A stretch of 64,000 nt of DNA from Syntrophales bacterium (lineage in GTDB: Bacteria; Desulfobacterota; Syntrophia; Syntrophales; UBA6807): assembly GCA_040767195.1 (NCBI GenBank), contig JAXGPA010000001.1:512001-576000 (forward strand), in the 5' to 3' direction. Positions 18,483 through 27,048 of this stretch are shown piece after piece (position 1 is the stretch's first letter; each line of letters starts with the position of its first letter). The notes under the pieces are model-generated. The model was not told the DNA's origin and made no database searches. It saw nothing but the letters and a program-made list of their open reading frames with translations. The position numbers were made by a program, and so were the translations under genes.

Positions 18483-19937
18483 TCAAAACCCTTCATCTTC
18501 CGCCGTCAGGGGGAAAAAAAGGATCCTGTTTTGCGTCTTCACATCGAAACATCGAAAATGTATCTCGCCGCTCACGTCCACCGTCACCGAGTAGATCCCC
18601 GGGCCGGCCTCGCAGCTGAAGCCGCCGGCCGAATCCGTTTTCAGCGGGACTTTCGTTCCATCCTGCCCCTGGACGGTCACGGCCACGCCTTCCAGGCCCT
18701 CTCCCCAGCCGTACAGGCCGTCCCCGTCGGCGTCGTGAAAAACCAGGCCGGTAATGTGCGTGCGGCGGCTGTCGGGGATAGGGATCCCGTAATCGGCCAC
18801 GGCCATGGTGACGTCTCCCCGGCATAAATCATAGGCGCTGTCGTCGGTCCCGAAATATCCCGAAAGGATTCCGAAGCCGGCGTGCCGGGTCCTTTCGTTC
18901 ATCATGTCAAGGCGCTCCTTCTGATCCAGGCGCTCCATGTCGCGGAAAAACCACGCCCGGAAAAAGCGCTGCAGCAGTTCCCCTTCGGGGATCGCCGGTT
19001 CCTCCCGGTACCACCGCCCCAGGGTCTCCCGGACGGCCGCCACGGGATATCCTTCCCCGGCCGCCCGGTCTTCCGGGTAAAGGCCGTCCGGTGTCACCGA
19101 GCCGAAATAGATCCGGTCGAACATGTCCCGAACATGTCCCTGGGCGGACCTGACAAGCCGCCCGTCCAGGGTCAGCGGCGGCAGGCCGTACCGAAGGAAA
19201 TACTCCCGGTCCGGATAGGCCCTGAAAAGGCTTTCCCCGCTCTTTCCCAGCCGTTCCGCCATGGCCAGGGGCTGTGCCCGGGCCTGGTTGATCCGGTAAA
19301 GCAGTTCCAGGTACGCCCGGCTCGGGCCGGAACCAAAGGTGCAGGTGGCCACGTACACGTTGGAGGACAGACCGTCCATGACGAGGATCCCGCCGTCAAA
19401 GGCAAGACCGATATCGTCGAAATCGGGAGAGAGAACGTATCGTTCCGCCGTCCTTCCCGGGTCGAACTCATCCCGGACGATTTTCTCGAAAAGGATTGTC
19501 ACGGCCTGGCCCGGATCCATGTAATTGGAAAAACTGACGAGACCCACCGTCTCGCCGATCCGGAACGCCAGGTACCCCGCCGTCTCGGCCCGCTCCGCCG
19601 GGGAGACGCCCCCCTCGCCACCGGGAGCGTAAACATCGTCTACGAGCATGTTCCCGTTCCCCGCCCGGGCCGCCTCATCGAGCCGGCCTTCTCTCACAAG
19701 GGGGCCGAAACCCGCCTCGAACAGGGTCTCCAGGCCGGGATCTTCCCGGAAGAGGGGCTCGAGATCGATGCCGAGGCGCGCCGCGGCAGCCCGGGGGTTC
19801 TCCCGGACCTCGTTGATCCTTTCCAGGAGCCACTGCTCTTCAAAGGAGAACTCCCCGTCGGCGGCGGCGGCACAGATGGGGAAAAGCATCACCCCCGCGA
19901 GAAGGACAAGGCTGAGACGCAGGACTTTTTTCTTCAT
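18483..19937 (-). CDS. Secreted protein with two CAP/SCP-like domains and a C-terminal SdrD-B-like domain
   Basis: Signal peptide; LERINEVRENP and LYRINQARAQP...PPLTLDGRLVRSAQGHVRDM; ITGLVFHDADGDGLYGWGEGLEGVAVTV. Confidence 0.8.
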   Translation of the reverse strand: MKKKVLRLSLVLLAGVMLFPICAAAADGEFSFEEQWLLERINEVRENPRAAAARLGIDLEPLFREDPGLETLFEAGFGPLVREGRLDEAARAGNGNMLVDDVYAPGGEGGVSPAERAETAGYLAFRIGETVGLVSFSNYMDPGQAVTILFEKIVRDEFDPGRTAERYVLSPDFDDIGLAFDGGILVMDGLSSNVYVATCTFGSGPSRAYLELLYRINQARAQPLAMAERLGKSGESLFRAYPDREYFLRYGLPPLTLDGRLVRSAQGHVRDMFDRIYFGSVTPDGLYPEDRAAGEGYPVAAVRETLGRWYREEPAIPEGELLQRFFRAWFFRDMERLDQKERLDMMNERTRHAGFGILSGYFGTDDSAYDLCRGDVTMAVADYGIPIPDSRRTHITGLVFHDADGDGLYGWGEGLEGVAVTVQGQDGTKVPLKTDSAGGFSCEAGPGIYSVTVDVSGEIHFRCFDVKTQNRILFFPLTAEDEGF

Positions 19938-19949
19938 GGATTGTTACAA

Positions 19950-19965
19950 TGCACAAGAAATGCCA
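19950..19965 (-). promoter_or_regulatory. sigma54 -24/-12 promoter candidate
   Basis: Minus strand TGGCATTTCTTGTGCA (GG-N10-GC); predicted +1 near 19939, next to ATG 19937. Confidence 0.5.
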
Positions 19966-20049
19966 GGCACGGGCCTGCCGAAACCACGGGAAAAAAGCCC
20001 TTTCGGAAAGACCTTCTTCGGGACACTGGTCAAAAGTGATCTTCTCTGG

Positions 20050-22521
20050 CTATTTCGAGCCAGTCTCATGGGTGCTTTCTCCGGTGCCGGCGGCTTTCTG
20101 CCTTTTTTCCAGGTCTTCGAGAAGGCCCTTGAAGTCCGCCCGGTCCCGGAGACCGGCCAGGTCGCCGTCATTTGCAAGAAACGCCCCGTTTCGGAAACCT
20201 CTTTCAACGGCTTTTTTCAGGGCCGTCACGGCGTCTTCGTTCCTGCCCTGGGCCGCCCGAACCCGGGCGATCTGGTAAAAAGCCGTCACTTCGACACGGG
20301 AATCCCCCGTCATGGCCTCCCTGAAGGCCGTCACGGCTTCCTCGTATTCTCTTTGCCGGGCCAGGGCCGCGCCCAGGCTCATCCGGGCCTGCGCGTCATC
20401 GGGACGAATGCGGAGCGCCTCCCGGTAGGCCTTTTCCGCCTCCCCGGCCCTTCCCTGGATCATGCGCAGGTCGCCCAGGCGGCTCAAAGCATTCGGCGAG
20501 GGCGGATCCAGGCGGGCCGCCGCTTCCAGGTGATCCGCCGCCTCGTCGAGCCTTCCCATCCCCGCCAGGGTGACGCCGAGCCTTTCACGGGCCTGCTGGT
20601 AGAAGGGATCGAGGCGGACCGCTTCCCTGAGGCTGGCGATGGCGTCCTCCTGCCGCCCCAGGGCACCAAGAACCAGAGCCAGGTTGTAGCGGATCTGGGG
20701 GCTTCGGGGGTCCGCCACGGCGGCCCGGCTGTAGAATTTCAAAGCCTCCGCGGTGTCTCCCTTCCTGTAGAAGAGGTTCCCGAAACGGGCCAGCATCTCC
20801 CCGTCAACGCCGGTTTTCTCTTCCAGGAGTTTCTCATAAATGGCCCGGGCTTCCTCCACCCTGCCCAGCCTGGAATAGGCGCCGGCCAGGTTGATCAGGG
20901 CGTCGGGATAAGAGGGATGAAGGTCGAGGCTCTTGCGGAAAAGGGCTATCGATTCCTCCGCCTGGCCCGCCTTGAGCTTTTCCAGGCCGAGGTTGTTGTA
21001 GGCCCGTATGTTCCAGGGCGACTTGGACAGGACATCGCTCCAGAGAGTCGTCTCGTTCAGCCAGACACGGTTCCTGAGATGGGCCGCCGTCCCGTAGGAC
21101 ACGATGAGGGCGACAGCCACCGCCACGGCCAGGACGGACTGCCTTGAAAAGAGCCGGAAAAGCAGGTCCGCCAGGAAGAGGGCGAAGCCGAAGAGGGGCA
21201 GGTAGAGCCGGTGCTCGAAGAGGGCGTCCCGGATGGGAATGAGGCTCGATTCCACGGAAAGGGTGACGAAAAACCACAGGACGGCGAAGGCAAAAACGGG
21301 CCAGCGCCGGTTCTTCCAGACAGCCAGGGAAAGGAGGCCGACCAGGAAAAGAAAAGCCCAGGGCGTGACGCCCGTGAAAAAACCCTGGACGAAGGGCATC
21401 ATGTAATCGGCGTTCTGGTGGACGGGCAGGACGAAGAGCCTCAGATAGATGACAAGCACATTGAACTGGGTGAAGAGGTAGGTGGAACGGCTCACCAGCG
21501 TCGTTTCCCGGGTCAGCCCGTACGCGTCCTCCAGGAGATTCCCCCGGCCGGCGAGGAGATCCCCGAGACCGAAGACGAGAAGGCCTGAGACGATAAAAAA
21601 GAGCGCCGTTCCCCCGATCCAGGGAAGTTTTCGCTTCCAGTCGGCGGCGGAACCGCGGAAGCAGAAAAACTCCGCCAGGAGGAGGGCAAGGGGAAGGCTC
21701 ACGGCGTTCTGCTTGGAAAGGACAGCCAGAAGGCCGGAGAAAACGGCGAGGACGAAAAAGACGGCGGCCCTGGGATATGAAATCTCGGTCGCAACAGAGG
21801 CATGGGCCGGGAGGGCGGGAGCCGGGGAAACGTGCTCCGGCGTTTTCCTTTTTCTCTTTTTTCCGTCTTTCCCTTTTTCGGGGCTCTTCGCCGCGGTCCC
21901 GCCGTCTTCACCGGCGGGCACGATGCCGCTGTCCCGCCTCCCGAGGACGGCCATGCGGCCCCTCAGGTAGAACAGGACGGCAGCCATGTAAAAAAGGGCT
22001 GCCATGGACGCGTAGCGCTGGACCGTGTAGGTGACCGCCTGGGTCTGGACGGGGTGGACGACGAAAAGGAGCGCCGCGAAGAGGGAGCAGGCGGAAAGCC
22101 AAAGCGGGGGAAGCCCCCCTTCCCGGCCGTTTCCCTGGAAGATGTTCCACAGGAGGGTCCGGGCGAGAAAATAAACGACGAAACCGTTCAGGATATGGAG
22201 GAGGACATTCACCAGGTGATAGCCGAAGACATTCGTCTGCCCCGCCCAAAAATTGAGGGCGAAGGTGAAGTCGACGACACCTCTCGGCCTGAAAAGATTC
22301 TTTCCTTCGAGAAGACCGGTGAGATCCCGGATGGATCTGTTCTCCTCGATCAACTTGATGCCGTCGAAGACGAACTCGTTTCCGTAGATGTTTCCGTAGA
22401 CGATGAAAGCGGCGAGGGCGATGACGAAAAGATGAAACGCCCCGTGGTAAAAAATCCGCTCCCGCGGTTCCGGGCTCCCTTTTTTCAAAGTTTTCATTTC
22501 AGCCATTGGCCATATTCTCAC
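20050..22521 (-). CDS. TMTC-like GT-C membrane glycosyltransferase with C-terminal TPRs
   Basis: YGNEFVFDG, YHLVNVLLH, FVVHPVQTQAVTY, EHRLYLP, RNRVW followed by multiple TPRs. Confidence 0.85.
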   Translation of the reverse strand: MRIWPMAEMKTLKKGSPEPRERIFYHGAFHLFVIALAAFIVYGNIYGNEFVFDGIKLIEENRSIRDLTGLLEGKNLFRPRGVVDFTFALNFWAGQTNVFGYHLVNVLLHILNGFVVYFLARTLLWNIFQGNGREGGLPPLWLSACSLFAALLFVVHPVQTQAVTYTVQRYASMAALFYMAAVLFYLRGRMAVLGRRDSGIVPAGEDGGTAAKSPEKGKDGKKRKRKTPEHVSPAPALPAHASVATEISYPRAAVFFVLAVFSGLLAVLSKQNAVSLPLALLLAEFFCFRGSAADWKRKLPWIGGTALFFIVSGLLVFGLGDLLAGRGNLLEDAYGLTRETTLVSRSTYLFTQFNVLVIYLRLFVLPVHQNADYMMPFVQGFFTGVTPWAFLFLVGLLSLAVWKNRRWPVFAFAVLWFFVTLSVESSLIPIRDALFEHRLYLPLFGFALFLADLLFRLFSRQSVLAVAVAVALIVSYGTAAHLRNRVWLNETTLWSDVLSKSPWNIRAYNNLGLEKLKAGQAEESIALFRKSLDLHPSYPDALINLAGAYSRLGRVEEARAIYEKLLEEKTGVDGEMLARFGNLFYRKGDTAEALKFYSRAAVADPRSPQIRYNLALVLGALGRQEDAIASLREAVRLDPFYQQARERLGVTLAGMGRLDEAADHLEAAARLDPPSPNALSRLGDLRMIQGRAGEAEKAYREALRIRPDDAQARMSLGAALARQREYEEAVTAFREAMTGDSRVEVTAFYQIARVRAAQGRNEDAVTALKKAVERGFRNGAFLANDGDLAGLRDRADFKGLLEDLEKRQKAAGTGESTHETGSK

Positions 22522-22687
22522 ATTCGAATGGCGCGGGCGTCAGCCTGAAACGGTGTCCGGCCTGGCCCGTCCTTCATTCCTATCGATTCTCTTTACCCCA
22601 TAAAAAAAGGGTTTCATACCCCGCTTCGCGCTCCCGCGCTGCTGCGCCAGGCGCCAGGGCCTCCCGGCTTCATCCCGAACCCTTCCA

Positions 22688-23554
22688 TCATAAATAAATG
22701 AAGAAAACGAAGGCGAGGATCCACCCCAGGACGGCGCCCTGGATCATGGGATCCCGAAGCAGGATGGCCGTCGGGGAACCGGAATCGTTCTTCACGAAGG
22801 TGAGCTGAAGATACCGCAGAAGCCCCATGAGGACGAAGACCGTGGTGAGATACAGGCGCTCCGTATGGAACTTGGCCATGATCTCGGGAGACAGGGTGTA
22901 CATGGTGTAGGCCACGATGATGACCGCCGCCATGACCACCATGGACGACTGGACGAAAAAGACGTTGTATCCGCCCAGGGACCGCCGGGGCCGGGCGTTG
23001 CCGTTCTCGAGGATGAGAAGATCGTCCCTTCTCTTGGCCAGGGCGAGAAAGAGGGCCAGGAAGAAGGTCATGATGACGATCCAGGGATAGATGGTCACAT
23101 CGGTCACGGCCCCTCCCACAAAAACACGCAGGACGAAGCCCAGGGCGATGATGAAGATGTCGATGATGGCCACCTGCTTCCACTTCAGGGTGTAGCCGGC
23201 ATTGATGAGGACATAGACGAGGGTCAGGAAAAAAGCCTCCCGGCCCAGGAAGGATACGATGACGAACCCGCCCAGGAAAAGGGCGGTCATGACGGCCCGG
23301 GCCGGGGGACCGGCGATCCGGCCCGCCGCCAGGGGCCGGTCCTTCTTTCGGGGATGGTGGCGGTCTTCCTCGAGATCGTGAAGGTCATTGAAAATATAGA
23401 CGGCGCTCGCCGCCATGGAGAAAGCAACGAAGGCCAGGCCCGCCCGGGCGAGAAGCTCCACCCGCATGATTTCATGGGCGAAGAAAAGGGGGAGGAAGAT
23501 GAAGAGATTCTTGATGTACTGGTGTACCCGAAGAAGATTGATCCAGTCTTTCAT
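22688..23554 (-). CDS. UbiA-family decaprenyl-phosphate phosphoribosyltransferase-like protein
   Basis: LLRVHQYIKNLFIF, YIFNDLHDLEEDRHHPRKKDRPLAAG, LALAKRR, GSPT motifs. Confidence 0.88.
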   Translation of the reverse strand: MKDWINLLRVHQYIKNLFIFLPLFFAHEIMRVELLARAGLAFVAFSMAASAVYIFNDLHDLEEDRHHPRKKDRPLAAGRIAGPPARAVMTALFLGGFVIVSFLGREAFFLTLVYVLINAGYTLKWKQVAIIDIFIIALGFVLRVFVGGAVTDVTIYPWIVIMTFFLALFLALAKRRDDLLILENGNARPRRSLGGYNVFFVQSSMVVMAAVIIVAYTMYTLSPEIMAKFHTERLYLTTVFVLMGLLRYLQLTFVKNDSGSPTAILLRDPMIQGAVLGWILAFVFFIYL

Positions 23555-23575
23555 GGGATGGAAACGCAAGGACCC

Positions 23576-24634
23576 TCAAAAGAGATATTTGACCAGGGAA
23601 AAGATCCCCTGCCGCCAGGGAACCCGGTGGGAAACACCGGACTGATTCCGGATTTTTTCCCGGTTTTCCACGTACCAGCGGTAATTCCTCACCAGGGCCC
23701 GGCGGTTCGAATACCGGGGGGCGAATCCCAGGCGCTCCTTCGCCTTTTCGATGGATACGAAGGAATCCCGGGAGGCCGTCTCGTAGATCCACGGATAGAG
23801 GGGCGACAGGCGAAGGCGTTCCAGGATCCTGAGGGCCGCGATGACGGGCCCCGCGGGAAGGGGAACGACACGCTTCCCGAACCCCGCCGCATCGAGAACG
23901 GCCTGGTAGTCCTCCCGCATCGTGGCGAATTCGGCGGCCCCGATGTTGAAGGTGTCGTCGACGACCCGCCGGTCCCCGGTGAGGCATTTTTCCACGGCGT
24001 CGCAGAGATCCTCCACGTCGAGAAGCTGGTACCGGTTCTTTCCGCTTCCGATCATGGGGAACCCCCGGCCCTCGGAGGCCCACTCGAAGAGGAGGGCGAA
24101 AACCCCCAGTCTTTCCGGCCCCACGAAGGACTTGGGCCGCAGGACGGGAACGCACAGGCCCTTTGCCCGGTATTCCCCGCAGCGTTCTTCCGCCAGGATC
24201 TTCGCCTTTCCGTAGGGTCCCACGCCGACGAGGGGATCCGCCTCGAAAAGGGGGTGGTGATGGGGGATCCCGTAAACGGCCGTCGACGAGACGTGAACGA
24301 ACCGCTCGACGCCGCCTGCCAGGGACGCTTCCAGGAGGTTTTCCGTTCCCGTCACGTCCGTCGAATAAATGTCCTTTTCGCTGTAAAGGGGAAGGGCCGC
24401 CGCGCCGTGGACGACCTGGTCCATTCCTTTCACGGTCTCCCCGACGAGGGCCCGGTCCCGGATATCGCCCCGGATGAACCGGACCCGGTCTTTCACGTCG
24501 GAATAATCGAAGTCCGCCGTATCGAGAACGTGGATGTCGTACCCCTTCTTCCGGAGAAGGAAACGGACCAGGTTGATGCCGAGGAACCCAGACCCCCCGG
24601 TGATGAGGATCTTTTTCGTCACGCCGCCGTCCAC
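23576..24634 (-). CDS. NAD-dependent epimerase/dehydratase
   Basis: [21 protein letters not shown] (YxxxK). Confidence 0.9.
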   Translation of the reverse strand: MDGGVTKKILITGGSGFLGINLVRFLLRKKGYDIHVLDTADFDYSDVKDRVRFIRGDIRDRALVGETVKGMDQVVHGAAALPLYSEKDIYSTDVTGTENLLEASLAGGVERFVHVSSTAVYGIPHHHPLFEADPLVGVGPYGKAKILAEERCGEYRAKGLCVPVLRPKSFVGPERLGVFALLFEWASEGRGFPMIGSGKNRYQLLDVEDLCDAVEKCLTGDRRVVDDTFNIGAAEFATMREDYQAVLDAAGFGKRVVPLPAGPVIAALRILERLRLSPLYPWIYETASRDSFVSIEKAKERLGFAPRYSNRRALVRNYRWYVENREKIRNQSGVSHRVPWRQGIFSLVKYLF

Positions 24635-24711
24635 CCTTCAGGCCGGTTCAGAACCGCCGCCCCGCTGACCCTCCCGGCGGAGGCGACGCCCGGTGACGGA
24701 CAGAACCCCGT

Positions 24712-26949
24712 TCACGGGACCTCGGGGATGTCATAATCGATGATCGTTTCCGCCTCCCCGTTCAGATCGAGTTTCACCACGCCGATGCCCTCGCCGAGCC
24801 AGTAGTAGAGAGGCGGCAACGCATAGGTATCGCTACCCACATAAGATATAAAAAAGGAGTTTTTAGACTTAATCTTGATGTCTTGGGAAATCCGGATGAC
24901 GTTCCGGTAAAGGGAATCCCGGCTCGTCACATCCTCGATACCGACGATGGTGGTCTTGATCTCGATGCTGAGCGGTATATCCATACTAAAAATACCGCTA
25001 GATACTCTTATTGTGGCCGTCGTCGTGTCCTCGTAGACCTGGCCGACCTGGATGTTCTTGGGTATATAAAGGAGCGGCGCATCGAAAAGGACGTCGCCGA
25101 TCGGCAGCGGCTGGCCACCATTTTCCCTTAAGACGTAGTACATGCCGTGAAACTTGATCCCGTCGGCATCGCTCGTGAAATACTGCTTCGTTCCCGTGTC
25201 GTACTGGTAAACCAGGGTGGTGGCCTCCGAAACCGGTTTCGTCCCGCTAATGTCCGTCCGGGTTTCTTCACCCGACTCCTTTTCGTAGGTCCACCAGCTT
25301 CCCAGCACGAGGGGAAAGTAGTCCGACGCCACGTAGGCGGAGGGGTCGACGGACACGGCGGCGGTGGCGCTTATCTCGCCAATTTCGGCGGTCACGGTGG
25401 CCGCGCCGACTTCCTTGCCCTTCACGAGGCCGGCCTGGCAGATCGAATTCTCCACCGAGGCGGTCCCGCTGTTCGACGAGGTCCAGGCCACCTGGTCCGT
25501 GATCTCCCGGCACGTCCCGTCGGAATACCAGCCAAAGGCGCCCAGGCTGGCGGTCTCATGGATTTTCAAGGCCAGGACGTCGGGCATGATTTCAATGGAC
25601 GTGAGCACGGCCGGGGCCGGGGCCGGGTTCAGGCTTCTGATCGAGTCCAGGGTCTGACCGTTGGTGGAGGCGTTCATCTGGAAGGCCACCACCTTGTCTT
25701 CCGACGCATAGGCCAGGTAGGTGGCCCCTTCAGGCTTTGTGCTGAAAAGATAGTTCATGGAAGCCAGCGGCTCGCCCACCGGAAAAACGAAGGCCACCCA
25801 TTTCTGCCGGGGCCCGAGATTAATAACGGTGCTGTCGATCACGTCTCCCCCGTCGTCACAGGCATCAACGTTGACGGATGTACTTTCGGCATTGTCGTTC
25901 ACAAAAACGACGCCGGTCGCCGCGGAACCCGTTTCGATCTTCGGCAGGATTCCCGTCGTGGCCCCTTCCCGGGGCCCCATGTATCCGGCCAGCTGCCTGC
26001 TGTGGGCGAAAAGCTCAAACCCCGAGAGGGGCCTGGTCGCCGTGATTTTGGCCCAGCCGTCGGTGATGCCCAGTGGCAGCGTGCTCGCCAGGCGACTGAT
26101 CCGTTCGCCCCCTTTCAGGAGAAGATCGACAGGGGGCCGGGCCGTTCCGCCCGTCGTAAAAGGGGAAACGGTGATCGTGCTGTCCTGGTAGCTGGTGTTG
26201 TAGGCCACGATCCCCGTGTTCCACCCTCCGGTCATGACGAGATGGGGGTAATAGACCTGAAGGGCCACCTGGTCGTCCAGGGGAATGCCGTCGAGGACCC
26301 GGCCGTTGGAAAAGAGGATGAGTCCGACGATGCCTTCGGCCCCCCGGATTTTGGCCGCGCTGATCCTGGGCTGGGGGGTATCGTCGAAAAGCGCTCTCAT
26401 GAAGAAAACCTCGTGGCGCCCGGCCGCCACGGATTTCGTCTTCGTGATGCCCGTATCGAACTCGAAGCACATGTCGATGGCGGCGTCCGTCGTGTTGACG
26501 ACGCTCACGCCCGTGGCCCAGGTGTCCGTTGAGGCGATGTGGGGAATGAAGATTTCCCCCCGGGCCGGCGATTGACTGGCCGGGATGGCGACGCTGTATT
26601 TCAGGGGATCCTGAAATTTCAGGTACCCCACGGCGTTATCAGAAGTGGTGGAAAAAACGAGGTAGCCGATCGTTTTCCCACCGGCATAATCCCGGACAAG
26701 GTCGGCGCCCCAGAAAACCCGCTTTCCCCGGGGCGGCAGGGTCACGTCGATCTGGTCGATGAGAGCGCCGCTGTCCTCGTGGAGATCCAGGGTTCCCGAG
26801 ACGGAATCGCTGTCGCTTCCGTTGATCAGGCCGATTTCCGTTTCCCAGTAAGCGTTACTGGCAAAGTGGGGATAATAGAGATCCCCGTGGGCCGGCGACA
26901 GGGCCGTGAGTATAAGAGCCAGGGCGGCGAAAGCGATTTTCTTTTTCAT
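24712..26949 (-). CDS. Secreted protein: four repeats of the shared surface domain, Big_2 Ig-like domain, C-terminal beta-rich domain
   Basis: Signal peptide MKKKIAFAALALILTALSPAHG; repeats LYYPHFASNAYWETEIGLIN etc.; Big_2-like ITDQVAWTSSNSGTASV...GAATVTA; YFPLVLGSWWTY. Confidence 0.8.
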   Translation of the reverse strand: MKKKIAFAALALILTALSPAHGDLYYPHFASNAYWETEIGLINGSDSDSVSGTLDLHEDSGALIDQIDVTLPPRGKRVFWGADLVRDYAGGKTIGYLVFSTTSDNAVGYLKFQDPLKYSVAIPASQSPARGEIFIPHIASTDTWATGVSVVNTTDAAIDMCFEFDTGITKTKSVAAGRHEVFFMRALFDDTPQPRISAAKIRGAEGIVGLILFSNGRVLDGIPLDDQVALQVYYPHLVMTGGWNTGIVAYNTSYQDSTITVSPFTTGGTARPPVDLLLKGGERISRLASTLPLGITDGWAKITATRPLSGFELFAHSRQLAGYMGPREGATTGILPKIETGSAATGVVFVNDNAESTSVNVDACDDGGDVIDSTVINLGPRQKWVAFVFPVGEPLASMNYLFSTKPEGATYLAYASEDKVVAFQMNASTNGQTLDSIRSLNPAPAPAVLTSIEIMPDVLALKIHETASLGAFGWYSDGTCREITDQVAWTSSNSGTASVENSICQAGLVKGKEVGAATVTAEIGEISATAAVSVDPSAYVASDYFPLVLGSWWTYEKESGEETRTDISGTKPVSEATTLVYQYDTGTKQYFTSDADGIKFHGMYYVLRENGGQPLPIGDVLFDAPLLYIPKNIQVGQVYEDTTTATIRVSSGIFSMDIPLSIEIKTTIVGIEDVTSRDSLYRNVIRISQDIKIKSKNSFFISYVGSDTYALPPLYYWLGEGIGVVKLDLNGEAETIIDYDIPEVP

Positions 26950-27000
26950 TCCGTCGGATTTCTCCTTAGATCGTTATTTTTCAGTAAAAGAAATTTAATT

Positions 27001-27016
27001 TGCAAGATCCGGACCG
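27001..27016 (-). promoter_or_regulatory. sigma54 -24/-12 promoter candidate
   Basis: Minus strand CGGTCCGGATCTTGCA (GG-N10-GC, TTGCA), about 50 nt upstream of ATG 26949. Confidence 0.5.
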
Positions 27017-27048
27017 CTCCGAAAAAAGCCCCGCCATCACGGGCCCGG

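Noticed and set aside
2570..18500. C-terminal Phe shared by three secreted proteins (EAWDF, NAGF, DEGF) as a sorting signal
   Set aside because: Too short, and absent from the other two four-repeat proteins; may be chance.
20028..20062. Imperfect palindromes (GGTCAAAAGTGATC, GGCTATTTCGAGCC) as enhancer sites for the NtrC regulator
   Set aside because: Matches upstream of the other sigma54 sites are too weak to support without motif statistics.
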